Shown here: piece after piece, positions 1-9,935 of the stretch | Position numbering within the stretch: the stretch's first letter is position 1 | Layout: the number at the start of each line of letters is the position of its first letter | Assembly: GCA_035935655.1 (NCBI GenBank) | Contig: DASYWW010000046.1 | Coordinates: 90,709-154,708 of the forward strand | DNA length: 64,000 bases | From: Candidatus Bathyarchaeia archaeon | GTDB taxonomy: Archaea > Thermoproteota > Bathyarchaeia > 40CM-2-53-6 | Reading direction: 5' to 3' | The notes under the pieces: generated by a model | Told to the model about the DNA's origin: nothing | The model's input: the letters and a program-made list of their open reading frames with translations, nothing else | Database searches by the model: none | Translations under genes and position numbers: made by a program

Positions 1-665
1 CGGCGAAGATTCACGCACTCCTGGTAGTGGACAACACCTTCGCAAGTCCCTACCTTCAGAACCCGTTGAAGCTTGGTGCCGATATCTCGGTGCACAGCAC
101 AACAAAATACCTCGGAGGTCACAGCGACCTAATTGGCGGTGCCGCCATTACAGCGGACACTAATACGGGCAAACGTCTCAAGTTTCTACAGAACGCCGTC
201 GGCGCAGTTCCTGGACCCTTAGACTGCTGGCTTGTATTGCGCGGAATCAAGACACTTGCAGTTAGGATGGATCGACATGACTCGAACGCGAAGCAGATCA
301 GCGGGTTTCTCCAGAAGCAGCCCATCGTAGAACACGTCTACTATCCCGGCCTCCCAGATCATCCGCAACGAGATGTAATCAAGCGCCAAATGCGGGGGTA
401 CGGCGGAATGCTCAGCTTCGAACTCAAAGGAGGATTCAGAGAATGCGAAAAACTCTTGACCAAACTCCGGGTCTTCACCTTAGCAGAAAGTCTAGGGGGA
501 GTCGAATCTCTCATCGAACACCCAGCGAGCATGACTCATGCTAGCATCCCGCGTCAGAGACGAATCGAGCAGGGGATCAAGGACACTCTCATACGCATGA
601 GCGTCGGAATAGAAGACGTCGAAGATCTACTCGAGGATCTTCAAAAAGGGTTCAGATCCCTTTAG
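1..665 (+). CDS. PLP-dependent cystathionine gamma-synthase/lyase family protein, 5'-truncated by the window edge
   Basis: VDNTFASP, SVHSTTKYLGGHSDL (PLP lysine) and AESLGGVESLIEHPASMTH motifs. Confidence 0.92.
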   Translation, partial: AKIHALLVVDNTFASPYLQNPLKLGADISVHSTTKYLGGHSDLIGGAAITADTNTGKRLKFLQNAVGAVPGPLDCWLVLRGIKTLAVRMDRHDSNAKQISGFLQKQPIVEHVYYPGLPDHPQRDVIKRQMRGYGGMLSFELKGGFRECEKLLTKLRVFTLAESLGGVESLIEHPASMTHASIPRQRRIEQGIKDTLIRMSVGIEDVEDLLEDLQKGFRSL

Positions 666-721
666 GGCTTGTTCTGGTGAATCTGGATGAGGGACCAATT
701 TCCCGACAAGTTCAGCCCGGA

Positions 722-1033
722 TCACTTCTTCCAGACCTCTCCGCCCGTGTAAGGATCTAGAAAGTTCAATTGCATATCTAGGACTTGCTGGTAGACCTTT
801 CCCGCATCCGTTCGAGAATAGTGCGTGAACCTGCCATCGGTACTGGCTATGATCAAAGATGTTCTCGTAAGAATGCCGCTGGGTCCGAGTAATCGATCGA
901 ACGCCTTGTCATCTCCCCCAAAGGGGCCGTTGAGCAGTGTGCTCTTGGGACACTTGTCGGCAAATACCTCTATCATCTTCAGCACGGTCAGTCGCTTCTC
1001 TGCCTCCTTCCTTGTTTCCGGTGAGAGGGGCAC
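722..1033 (-). CDS. hypothetical protein, possibly winged-helix-like
   Basis: 103-aa ORF starting 3 nt downstream of the 1037-1354 ORF; the C-terminal YSRTDAGK resembles a wHTH wing. Confidence 0.5.
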   Translation of the reverse strand: MPLSPETRKEAEKRLTVLKMIEVFADKCPKSTLLNGPFGGDDKAFDRLLGPSGILTRTSLIIASTDGRFTHYSRTDAGKVYQQVLDMQLNFLDPYTGGEVWKK

Positions 1034-1036
1034 TTT

Positions 1037-1354
1037 TCATCGGCCGAGCTTCTCAGCCAAGGCCAACAGTCTGGAATATCTCCTTCGTAGGCCTAATAGG
1101 CTGTAGATTGAGATTAGGGAGAGCAAGAAGAGGACGACAGTCAGAGCGGTCTCCACGACAACTGATGGATCTAGCCTTGGAGCCATCATTAACCCGAACC
1201 CTCCTCCTGGCGGAGCAAAATACTCGAAGTAGAGCAACCTGACAAGCGAAGATATCGCCAGCAGTAGAGCAAAAGCTGCGATCAAAGCCTGGGTTGTAAT
1301 AGTTCTAAGCAGATCATCAGCCATGCGAGCCGCGTCCTCTTTGAAAGCGGCCAA
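1037..1354 (-). CDS. small two-TM membrane protein
   Basis: two hydrophobic segments and a basic C-terminus. Confidence 0.65.
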   Translation of the reverse strand: MAAFKEDAARMADDLLRTITTQALIAAFALLLAISSLVRLLYFEYFAPPGGGFGLMMAPRLDPSVVVETALTVVLFLLSLISIYSLLGLRRRYSRLLALAEKLGR

Positions 1355-1421
1355 TACTTCTTTTAGCAGAGGATCCTCGATCGACGACGCGTTCTATCCC
1401 TTCTCTCCGTGGAAATGAAAG

Positions 1422-2018
1422 GTGCTCACACTCGATTCGCAATCCAGTGGATTTAAGCAGATTCCTAGCAGCCAGCAGGACTCTCATCGACGGATCTCTG
1501 TCGTCGGGACTATCGGATCCGGCAAGACCACGTTTGCCCGCAAGACATCGAGGATTCTTGATGCTCCGCACATCGAGCTTGATGCTCTCCACTGGGAGCC
1601 AAACTGGGTAGAAGCGCCCAACGATCTCTTCCGAGAACGCGTTACGCGATCATTGCAAGGCGACTCTTGGGTGGTGGATGGAAATTACCATCAAGTACGG
1701 GACATTGTCTGGAACCGCGCCGATACGGTCATTTGGCTAGACTATCCCTTTAGAATCATCATTGGAAGGTTAGCCAGGCGGACCCTGAAGAGAATCCTCA
1801 CTCATGAGAAGTTATGGAACGGTAATCAAGAGCACATCCGGGGATTGTTCACTCGTGACTCCGTCTTCTTATGGGCGATCCGGACCTATCGAAGACGAAG
1901 GAGACAATACCCCCATCTCCTAAGCAGACCGGAGAACTCGCATCTTACAGTCGTAAGGCTCAGATCCCCAAGAGAGTCGGCAGAATTTCTCTCAACTTTG
2001 GACAAAAAAGAGATTTGA
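1422..2018 (+). CDS. adenylate-kinase-like P-loop protein (FlaR/topology-modulation family)
   Basis: GTIGSGKTT Walker A, ELDALHWEPNW, WVVDGNY, ADTVIWLD. Confidence 0.85.
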   Translation: MLTLDSQSSGFKQIPSSQQDSHRRISVVGTIGSGKTTFARKTSRILDAPHIELDALHWEPNWVEAPNDLFRERVTRSLQGDSWVVDGNYHQVRDIVWNRADTVIWLDYPFRIIIGRLARRTLKRILTHEKLWNGNQEHIRGLFTRDSVFLWAIRTYRRRRRQYPHLLSRPENSHLTVVRLRSPRESAEFLSTLDKKEI

Positions 2019-2022
2019 AGAA

Positions 2023-2535
2023 TTGAGCCAAGCTAAGCAAGGCTATTCGGAGTCTCTCCGAACCACTCTCGTCTCAAAAGGAATCTGGCACCGTTTCATA
2101 GAGTTCACCGAGCCAGTTAGGACGGTCGAAGAAGCCTCAAGGAAAGTCGAGATAGATCGGATCATCAAGTCCATTGTCCTAGTAGGTTCAGACAACAAAC
2201 CGATCCTAGCAATACTACCGGCAAAGAACAAGATTAGCTACAAGAAAATCAAAACACTGCTCAAGATCAAAGACGTGCGGCTAGCACAGCCCGATGAAGT
2301 CCTAGAACACTCAGGCTATCCGGTCGGAGGAGTACCACCATTCAACAGAATCAATCGAATTCTATTTGACCCAACAGTTCAACGAAACGCAAGAAGTATC
2401 GCCGGCGGAGGAGACCCGAACAAACTCGTGGAACTTGAGACTCAGGACTTAGTCGCGTTTCTCGACCCAATAGTCGCAGACTTCAGCACCCGACGACAAA
2501 TGAATGAGAAATTAGTCCCTCTAAATACCACTTGA
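2023..2535 (+). CDS. YbaK/EbsC aminoacyl-tRNA deacylase family protein
   Basis: IIKSIVL, SGYPVGGVPPF and AGGG motifs. Confidence 0.88.
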   Translation: MSQAKQGYSESLRTTLVSKGIWHRFIEFTEPVRTVEEASRKVEIDRIIKSIVLVGSDNKPILAILPAKNKISYKKIKTLLKIKDVRLAQPDEVLEHSGYPVGGVPPFNRINRILFDPTVQRNARSIAGGGDPNKLVELETQDLVAFLDPIVADFSTRRQMNEKLVPLNTT

Positions 2536-2557
2536 CCCCTGCAAACCCCCGAGCAGT

Positions 2558-3208
2558 ATGTCCGGGGAGAGAATCAGAGAGTCCTCTGAGAGTCCACGAA
2601 TCAAGATTAGGATCGAGTCGCTGTCGGACCTGGTCTTTGGCCTCGCGCTCTCGATAGGCTCCCTCGAACTTCTAGCCCGGACACCTCAGACCCCGACAGA
2701 CTTGGCAGCGAGTGTTGCGCTCTTCGCCTTCAGTTTCCTTATAGTAGTCTCCATCTGGTTCGGCTATGCGAGGATTATGGCCGTTATCCCCCAAGAGACT
2801 GGGGCCGCCATTTCCCTGAATCTGCTTCTTTTGTTTTGCGTCGTTCTTGAGCCATATCTCTTCTTCGTCCTACAATCGCAGCCTTCGAACATCTCGTTCC
2901 TCGATTGGGCATCATTTGGATACGCACTTGACGTCGGGGCCATGTTTCTAATATTGGGCGGTCTAATCCGACCTATCCTCCGGAAGAAGATCTCCGGAGT
3001 GGAAAGACCCGAGCTTCACCCCGTTTTATTGCGCAGATTTCGTATTGCTATGTTCTTCTACGCTTTCGTCGCAGTGACCTACTTCGTCTCGGCTCTTCCC
3101 TTCTTCTGGGTCGACACGCCGATTGGTCCTCTCAGGTTTGTCCTTTGGTACTCTGCGTTTGCCTTCGTTTTCCTCGGATTATTGAATCGCAGGCGCGAAA
3201 GAACTTAA
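2558..3208 (+). CDS. TMEM175-family potassium channel-like membrane protein
   Basis: RIESLSDLVFGLALSI matches the RxxxFSDxVF signature; multiple TM helices. Confidence 0.8.
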   Translation: MSGERIRESSESPRIKIRIESLSDLVFGLALSIGSLELLARTPQTPTDLAASVALFAFSFLIVVSIWFGYARIMAVIPQETGAAISLNLLLLFCVVLEPYLFFVLQSQPSNISFLDWASFGYALDVGAMFLILGGLIRPILRKKISGVERPELHPVLLRRFRIAMFFYAFVAVTYFVSALPFFWVDTPIGPLRFVLWYSAFAFVFLGLLNRRRERT

Positions 3209-3263
3209 CAATCTAACTATTGCGGGGACACGCATTGGTTGAAGAGAGATTTAGCTGATCCGT

Positions 3264-4022
3264 CTAGCTGACAATTTTTCTGAACTCGTAGAACGTTGCA
3301 CCCAACGTTAGGACAGCTATCAGGGATATTACAGCGTAAGCTTCCGAAAACGATCCCCACACGTATCCGGTCATGATGAGATCCCGAATAGCATTCACAG
3401 CAAAGCTAATCGGATTGTACGAGGAAACATTCTGCATCCAAAGAGGCATTAGTCCCTGCTGCACTAGAGCTGTACTCATGAATAGAAGGGGAAAGGTCAG
3501 GGTTCCGGCTATTCCGAACACCGTCTCAGCACTCTTGGTTCTAAGTCCTAGGGCTAGTGATATTCCCGACCAAGCAAGGCCGAAGAAGGCTACAGTGATG
3601 AGGATGAGAATGTAACCGACGATCCCGGTCACCGGAAAGACCCCTAAACCATAGGCAAGTAATAGAATGATGAGCGTCTGAGCGAAAACCCTGAAAGCGT
3701 CGCTCAAGAGCCTGCCCAGTAGGATAGATGTGCGACTCGCGGGGGTCGCAAGTACCTTTGTGAGGAAACCGGATTTGATGTCGTCTACGACAGCGGTGCC
3801 AGATTGGAACGCGCTTGAGAACGAGTTCTGCAATATTATTCCTGCAGTAGCGAACACCGTATAGTTCGTTCCGAGAAGGAGGCCGAACTTGCTGAACAGT
3901 TGTGTGAACAATAAGAGGAAGATTATTGGTTGAAAGAGAGAGAAAAAGAGCAATATCGGGTTTCGTACAAGTTTCTTCATCCAGCGGACGAACATGTAAT
4001 ATGTGTCGGAGACGAATGTCAT
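3264..4022 (-). CDS. ABC-2 type transporter permease (DrrB-like)
   Basis: multi-TM protein with QPIIFLLLF, LATPASR and YNPISFAVNAIR; adjacent to an ABC ATPase. Confidence 0.9.
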   Translation of the reverse strand: MTFVSDTYYMFVRWMKKLVRNPILLFFSLFQPIIFLLLFTQLFSKFGLLLGTNYTVFATAGIILQNSFSSAFQSGTAVVDDIKSGFLTKVLATPASRTSILLGRLLSDAFRVFAQTLIILLLAYGLGVFPVTGIVGYILILITVAFFGLAWSGISLALGLRTKSAETVFGIAGTLTFPLLFMSTALVQQGLMPLWMQNVSSYNPISFAVNAIRDLIMTGYVWGSFSEAYAVISLIAVLTLGATFYEFRKIVS

Positions 4023-4028
4023 TCTGGT

Positions 4029-5045
4029 CTACCTCCTTCTTCTACCGAACATTCCAGACGCTCGAGACTTGTCGATCTGCTCGGGTCGGATTCTCCTTCC
4101 CGTATGTTTTAGGAACACGTCGTCTAGGGTCGGGCTAGACACGCCGATAGACGAGAGCTTGATCCCGGCACTGTCAAAAGCTCGTACTATGTCGGGAACC
4201 AGGAATCCCCCATTCTTCGCGTATATTACAATCCCCTCGTCAGAGTCGACGATTTCAGTGATTCCCCCTAGGCTGCCTAGTAGTTGTTTGGCTCGGTCCT
4301 TGAGAGAGCCAGTCCCGGCGTTACCATTCTCGAATCCCAGCGTAATGCGATCCGCTCCAATCTCTGACTTTAGTTCTGAGGGGGTTCCCTGGGCGACAAT
4401 TTCGCCATGGTCTAGAATGGCAAGTCGGCGGCACAGCCGGTCAACTTCCTCCAAATACTGTGTCGTGATGAAGATCGTCATACCGGTCTGGTTCAACCCC
4501 TTGAGATACGCCCATACTTGAGCCCGCGACTGTGGATCCAAGCCGGTCGTAGGCTCGTCTAGAAAGAGTATCTTCGGTCTGTGAACAAGGGTTGAGGCTA
4601 GGTCGAGCCTCTTTTTCATTCCACCTGAATAGTATGCTGATCGTTTGTCCGCTGCGTCTCCAAGGTCAACGACTTTGAGCAGTTCGTTTACGCGTTCCTT
4701 CAACTCTTCCCCGCGCATCTGCTGTAGGTGTCCTTGAAGCAGCAGGTTCTCTCGACCCGTGAGATCTTCGTCAATGACCGTGTCCTGCATCTGGACTCCG
4801 ATTAACTTGCGTACTTTTTGTGCATCGTGCTCGATGTCGTGGCCAGCCACGGTAGCCAATCCCGAAGTCTTCCGTAGGATGGTGGTTAGGATCTTGATCG
4901 TAGTGCTCTTTCCGGCGCCGTTCGGTCCGAGAAATCCGAAGAACTCACCTTCATCGACTTTGAAAGAGATTCCCTTGACAGCCTGAGTGCCGTCACCATA
5001 GGTCTTTACAAGGTTCTCGACTTGGACTGCCGGCAACTCTACCAC
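4029..5045 (-). CDS. ABC transporter ATP-binding protein (DrrA-like)
   Basis: GPNGAGKST, YSGGMKKRL, LFLDEPTTGLD and C-terminal PTLDDVF. Confidence 0.95.
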   Translation of the reverse strand: MVELPAVQVENLVKTYGDGTQAVKGISFKVDEGEFFGFLGPNGAGKSTTIKILTTILRKTSGLATVAGHDIEHDAQKVRKLIGVQMQDTVIDEDLTGRENLLLQGHLQQMRGEELKERVNELLKVVDLGDAADKRSAYYSGGMKKRLDLASTLVHRPKILFLDEPTTGLDPQSRAQVWAYLKGLNQTGMTIFITTQYLEEVDRLCRRLAILDHGEIVAQGTPSELKSEIGADRITLGFENGNAGTGSLKDRAKQLLGSLGGITEIVDSDEGIVIYAKNGGFLVPDIVRAFDSAGIKLSSIGVSSPTLDDVFLKHTGRRIRPEQIDKSRASGMFGRRRR

Positions 5046-5060
5046 TCTATCGTATTAGAT

Positions 5061-5089
5061 ATATCGCATCCGATATGGTTTCATATAAA
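5061..5089 (-). promoter_or_regulatory. TATA box (TTTATAT, 5083-5089) with the palindromic operator ATATCG-N4-CGATAT (5061-5076) upstream of the ABC operon
   Basis: perfect 6-bp inverted repeat between the TATA box and the start codon, next to a divergent PadR gene. Confidence 0.6.
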
Positions 5090-5160
5090 GAGTTCTTTGA
5101 AAAAGCCTCTCTCTCGAAACGAGTTTATTAGCGAAGGTCTGCATCTTGTAAATTGAATGT

Positions 5161-5733
5161 ATGCCTGCCTCTAAGGTAATTATCGTCAAACATTCACAAC
5201 TTCATAGTACTCTCGCACATCCGCAAGGGATTCCCAGAGGGTTTCTGCGTCTCTACGTCTTGAAGCGAATCGCCGTGAGACCAGCTCACGGGTACGATCT
5301 CTTGCAAGAGATCGAGAGCAAGACTGAGGGAGTCTGGAGGCCGGGAGCTGGTTCCATCTATCCGATTCTGAAAGAGCTTGTAAAAGGGGGTTACATTAGG
5401 GCAGAATCTCACGAGAAGACCGGAAAGTCCCAGCGCATATATCACATCACGTCTGAAGGACGAGCGCTACTACAGCAATCGGGTGAGATGCTGTTGAAAA
5501 CTGGACAAAACTGGGGAGCCATGAGATCTATAATCATAGAACTCGTTGATCCGAAGAACATTCCTACCATGTTCACCCATATGACTGCCGGACAATTCGC
5601 GTTTCTCCGTGGAATCCTCGAAACGAAAAGAGACAAGATTCCGCGTAAAGAAATTCAGTTCATGTTGAAAGAATATGCCCTTAATCTTGAGAGACAACTC
5701 GACTGGACAAGGCGAATTCTCAAGAAATCATGA
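5161..5733 (+). CDS. PadR-family transcriptional regulator
   Basis: PAHGYDLLQEI...WRPGAGSIYPILKEL...YHITSEGR. Confidence 0.92.
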   Translation: MPASKVIIVKHSQLHSTLAHPQGIPRGFLRLYVLKRIAVRPAHGYDLLQEIESKTEGVWRPGAGSIYPILKELVKGGYIRAESHEKTGKSQRIYHITSEGRALLQQSGEMLLKTGQNWGAMRSIIIELVDPKNIPTMFTHMTAGQFAFLRGILETKRDKIPRKEIQFMLKEYALNLERQLDWTRRILKKS

Positions 5734-6146
5734 AGATCCGTGAGTTCAGTCTAGACGACTACACGATTGTACGCGAACTCTGGCAAGCCGCGGGTTTGAT
5801 CCTTCGCCCGGGAGACGAGCTTGAAGATATCAAATTGAAACTTCAACGAGATCCGGATTTGTTCCTCGTAGCTGAACACGACGATGAGATCGTCGGCAGC
5901 GTGATTGGTGGCTGGGATGGACGGCGTGGTTGGATCTACCACCTAGCGGTGAAGCCCCAACAGCAACGAAAGGGAGTCGGCGTGGGACTCGTTCGCGAAG
6001 TCGAGAAGCGTCTTCTCGCCAAGGGGGCGAAGAAAGTGAACGCCCAAGTCTACAAGTCGAACGAGCGATCGTCCAGGTTCTTCAAGGCCATAGGATACGA
6101 AACGCAACCTGACCTCATAATGATAGGGAAACAGCTTAGAAAATAG
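5730..6146 (+). CDS. GNAT acetyltransferase (YpeA-like)
   Basis: GWDGRRGWIYHLAV and QRKGVG acetyl-CoA motif; ATGA overlap with the PadR gene. Confidence 0.9.
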   Translation: MKIREFSLDDYTIVRELWQAAGLILRPGDELEDIKLKLQRDPDLFLVAEHDDEIVGSVIGGWDGRRGWIYHLAVKPQQQRKGVGVGLVREVEKRLLAKGAKKVNAQVYKSNERSSRFFKAIGYETQPDLIMIGKQLRK

Positions 6147-6289
6147 GAGAAGGGCCGGACCAAGCTCCAGCCCCAAGTGGTCATGTTTGGAACAGCATTC
6201 TGTTCGCAATTCCAGTCTCGCTCCAAAAGGTTCCCAGCTTAAGAAGGTCCCAGGATGAAACGAGCTGATATCCAAATGTTTGCTGAGCA

Positions 6290-6415
6290 TCAGTCTTCGA
6301 GAACAACAGGTCCAATGTAGTCGCAATCCGCGCAATGATGGAGAGATCCAATGGAACCTCCGAGCCAGAGAAATACTTCCTCTGAGCCGCATATCAAGCA
6401 TCTTCGCATTTTCAC
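6290..6415 (-). CDS. small C4 zinc-ribbon protein (~40 aa), absent from the ORF track
   Basis: hand translation (MK)MRRCLICGSEEVFLWLGGSIGSLHHCADCDYIGPVVLED*; GAGGTGA ribosome-binding site just upstream of the GTG. Confidence 0.75.
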   Translation of the reverse strand: MKMRRCLICGSEEVFLWLGGSIGSLHHCADCDYIGPVVLED

Positions 6416-6634
6416 ATGCTCACCTCTACCGTGCGAGAAAAGCGGAGTAGGGACTATTCCGTTTTCCTAGGATTTTGCTTAAGTGCGAAATTACCCGGAC
6501 GTCCCGGGCCCCTCATTCGGCCGGGGAAAAATAAGAATATTCCAGAAAGAATATATTCCAACGGGAATGATATGGATTTTCCCTTGGGCAAGAGTCAATA
6601 ATATCAATCTTCACGGATGGGCTTGTGAATCTTT

Positions 6635-8397
6635 TTGGAGGGCCTCACTCCTCGGAGCATTCTCCGTGTAGCCCTGCTATCATTCTTCCCTTGGGCACCC
6701 GCGTATCTCTTTGAGAGGGCTAATTTCTGGTTTGGACAAACGAACAATGGCTATTGGTACTACCAGTTCTCTGGAACTAGACTTGAAGCTGACGTAGTCT
6801 CCTTCGCTCTTGGAGGAATACTCGTCGCGTATCTTCTCCGGCCTCGCTGGGCGGTTGTCCAGGTTTTCCTCAGCGCTTCACTCATCTATGTTCTATTCTA
6901 TCTGACGTGTCCAACGTACATGGCTGGACCGATTTGGAGGTCTGAGTGCTACTCTCTTGGACCGGACCGTCTTGCGGGGGTCCGACTATGCGCAATGATG
7001 TTTTCGTTCGGAGCACTGCCTGCGATCATGAGAGCATCCTACGAAGAAGACAGACTGAACAAGCGGTTACGCCCGTGGATTGCGATATTCGGGGCATTCA
7101 TCACGTCAGTGGTCACGACGTGGTTTCCCCTTACGGCTTGGTTCTCAGGCGTGACCTATCTCCCGCCACTCGTTCCCTTCCAAGCAGCACTCCTCTTCGG
7201 AGTCTCAGAAATGGCCGTTGGAATTCAAGCTGCCAAGATAAGCAGGTCTATCTTGGTCGCCGCCATTTCCGGCGTAACTTCTGCCCTCCTTCTCTCCGGG
7301 TTTCTCTGGTCGCTTCTCTGTCCATCCTGCGAGAGGAGCTTGTTGCTTCTCATCGTTCCATCATGGGGATTCTTCGCTTTGATTGGAGGTTTCCTGGAAC
7401 TCGGTATTCATAGGAAACTCGGCGTTGGTCCCTTGGAGCATTTCAATCCGAGACTAGAAAGCATCCGACGTGTTGGAATCGCTGTAGTCCTTCTCTTCTC
7501 GTTGTGGACACTCGTAGCCTTTCAATTCTGGGACCCGAGCGTCCTGTACTCCACCAACATCTCTCAAGGCCCCGGACAATCGACGCTCGGCGCACCAACG
7601 TATCCTTACGTTGCAGGCTATTACAACTCAACCCAGTACAGGATTTGCTGTCTTCAGGTCGGAGTTAGTTTCACCAGAGTGGATCTGAGAGCTCTAGCCC
7701 CGAATAACTTTCTCATGGCAGGGATGGGCGTGCAATCTCCCAATTGTTGCATTGACGGCTGGGATTTCGGATGGAGAGCCGATCTCTTCATCTTACCCAA
7801 CGGGACCCGAGTAGTTTCAGGCACTACCTGGGAGACTTGCGATGGAAATGCGAATTGCGGAGGGGTAATGTGGCAGCATCTCAGATATCACGCCGAGAGA
7901 ATCATAGATTCGGCAAATATCTCAACTCCGGTCTACCTCCGGATGATGTGGCACTGCGACCAACCCAACTGCCACGCGGATTGGTACTACAACTACACGG
8001 GACGGCCATGGACGAGGTTCGGTAGCTTTGTCCCAGACTTCCGCGAAGGCCGCTATTTCGACATCGGAGTAGTCGGAGGGGGAGCGGCAAATTATCCTTC
8101 AGCCTTTGCCTTCTTTTACCAGTTTGGCGTGGCGAGCAAGTTCCCGTTCCGGGATGGTCCGTTCAACTGCTGTACCCGTCCTTCGTGCATCCGGACGGGT
8201 CGTGGCGGCTAATGGAACGGGCTAACATCATACAAGGATGGCATTCGTTTTGGAAGGCCAACTATCGATGGGGAGGAGAGCCGTACAACGGAGTCTCTGC
8301 CCGGGCAAACGCGAATGATAAGTCCCTGCCCTCAGGAGTTCTAGAGCTAACATACTCCGGAATGGGAACGTTACAAGACAAGTCCACCCTTTGGTAG
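6635..8397 (+). pseudogene. multi-TM protein with a Cys-rich extracellular C-terminal domain, split by a 1-nt frameshift near 8143
   Basis: the 6635-8212 ORF loses protein-like character after FYQFGVASKFP, while another frame continues VPGWSVQLLYPSFVHPDGSW...KSTLW* to 8397. Confidence 0.65.
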
Positions 8398-8437
8398 TAT
8401 TGAGGTTCTAGCCACCAGACTCTCAATCTGAATCGCG

Positions 8438-9856
8438 GTGGCGTCGGGAGCAGGTCTATCGGACAAGCAACACGGATTCGGGTCCATCTCCGGAATTATA
8501 GAGAAATGGTTTGCTTTGACGAATATGCTCAGCTCGTTGGGTAAAGAAGCGTCACAAAGTTACGACATCGTCTCATCTGCCGAGAGACTTTGCCCAATGT
8601 GCAAGAGAGTGAGGAGGCTATCGGGAGAGAAGAAATGTGCGATACATGTCAAGGCAGACTCCCTAGCAACACATCATCCAGAATTCGACCTGAAGTCCAT
8701 CGCAGGATCCAGTCCACCAGGAGTCTTCGTAGGAAGGTTCGGATACCCAAACGTCTACGTTGGACCGATGGTACCCGCAATCTCCGGCGACACGGAGATA
8801 CTTGATACTCCTGAATGGTGGATGGGCAAGGGCTTCGATGAGATAGTAGATTTCAGATACAGTTTGCTCCGAGGCTACAGCAAAGCGAACGTCTCAGACG
8901 CTCAGAAGGGAGGCAGACTCATCGAGATACTGCAAGACGTGGCCATGATGTCAAAACCAGTTGACACAGAGCTTGTCCTTACTCGACCGCCTCGGAAGGT
9001 GTTGGACCTGCGGGACGACTCTCAACCGTTCGGTCCAATTGGACCACTCGCCTCTTTTCGGGCCGGCAACTCCTCCGTTGACAACAGAATCGAGAAAGCC
9101 TTCTATGATAGCGATCTTCCCGCCGACGACGCAGTGCTACAACTGTACCGAAACGGAGTCTTGGTGACCCGAATTCAGCGAGCGTTTAGCCTCGGGATGT
9201 TCGGTGAGAGCAAAAGACGGAAGCTCGTCCCGACACGGTGGAGCATAACGGCAGTCGATAGCAATCTCAGCCTCAAGCTAATGGCTCGCGTAAGACACCA
9301 TCCCCCCATCGACGAATTCCGCGTCTACACCTACACGTATCTGGACAACATCTACGTGGGCATCCTCACCCCTGAAAACTGGAAGTTCGAATGGATTGAA
9401 GCCTGGTTCGAACCCGAGCTACTCGCCACTAGTTTTCCCGACGTAAACATGGCCGAGGACGTGGAAGAGAGCAGCTATGTTTCTCCGAAAGGATATCGGC
9501 CCGTAATGCTCGGCGATTCAGAAGGATTCCGAGGACGCAAGACCTACGCCAAGCCCGGTGGCTGCTACTATTCAGCGAGACTCGCGGTCTCAGAGTATCT
9601 CGATTCGATCCGGAAGCAAGCGGGTGCGATAATGCTGAGGGAGATTCATCCAGGTTACATAATGCCGGTTGGGGTCTGGAATGTAAGGGAGAGTCTGAGA
9701 GCACTCCTCAAGACACCGTTCGAGAGATTCGAATCCATGGACGCTGCGCTGAATCATGTGAGCAACATTTTCGAGATATCAAAGCTTGGTTGGATAGAGT
9801 CCTCGGCCCTACTTCAGAACGCGTATTTCCAGCGGAAGATCAGCCAATTCAACTAG
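8438..9856 (+). CDS. nreA: archaeal Nre-family DNA repair protein (true start possibly ATG 8525)
   Basis: GSSPPGVFVGRFGYPNVYVGP, LVPTRWSITAVD, GGCYYSARLAV and C-terminal PIP box QRKISQF. Confidence 0.9.
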   Translation: MASGAGLSDKQHGFGSISGIIEKWFALTNMLSSLGKEASQSYDIVSSAERLCPMCKRVRRLSGEKKCAIHVKADSLATHHPEFDLKSIAGSSPPGVFVGRFGYPNVYVGPMVPAISGDTEILDTPEWWMGKGFDEIVDFRYSLLRGYSKANVSDAQKGGRLIEILQDVAMMSKPVDTELVLTRPPRKVLDLRDDSQPFGPIGPLASFRAGNSSVDNRIEKAFYDSDLPADDAVLQLYRNGVLVTRIQRAFSLGMFGESKRRKLVPTRWSITAVDSNLSLKLMARVRHHPPIDEFRVYTYTYLDNIYVGILTPENWKFEWIEAWFEPELLATSFPDVNMAEDVEESSYVSPKGYRPVMLGDSEGFRGRKTYAKPGGCYYSARLAVSEYLDSIRKQAGAIMLREIHPGYIMPVGVWNVRESLRALLKTPFERFESMDAALNHVSNIFEISKLGWIESSALLQNAYFQRKISQFN

Positions 9857-9935
9857 ACCTAGCTCATCAGCCAGCCAGCCCCTCTTTGGAGTATGACTTC
9901 GTAATTGTCCTCCAGACTGTGCTCACACCTGGTAA

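Noticed and set aside
2533..2546. 14-bp match TGACCCCTGCAAAC shared with 13862-13875
   Set aside because: Several exact 14-mer matches are expected by chance in 64 kb, and the flanks do not align.
4003..4521. Long antisense or shadow ORFs (this one, 5943-6401, 10878-11366, 35135-35923, 47057-47596, 58035-58790 and others)
   Set aside because: They overlap well-supported genes and show no recognisable motifs.
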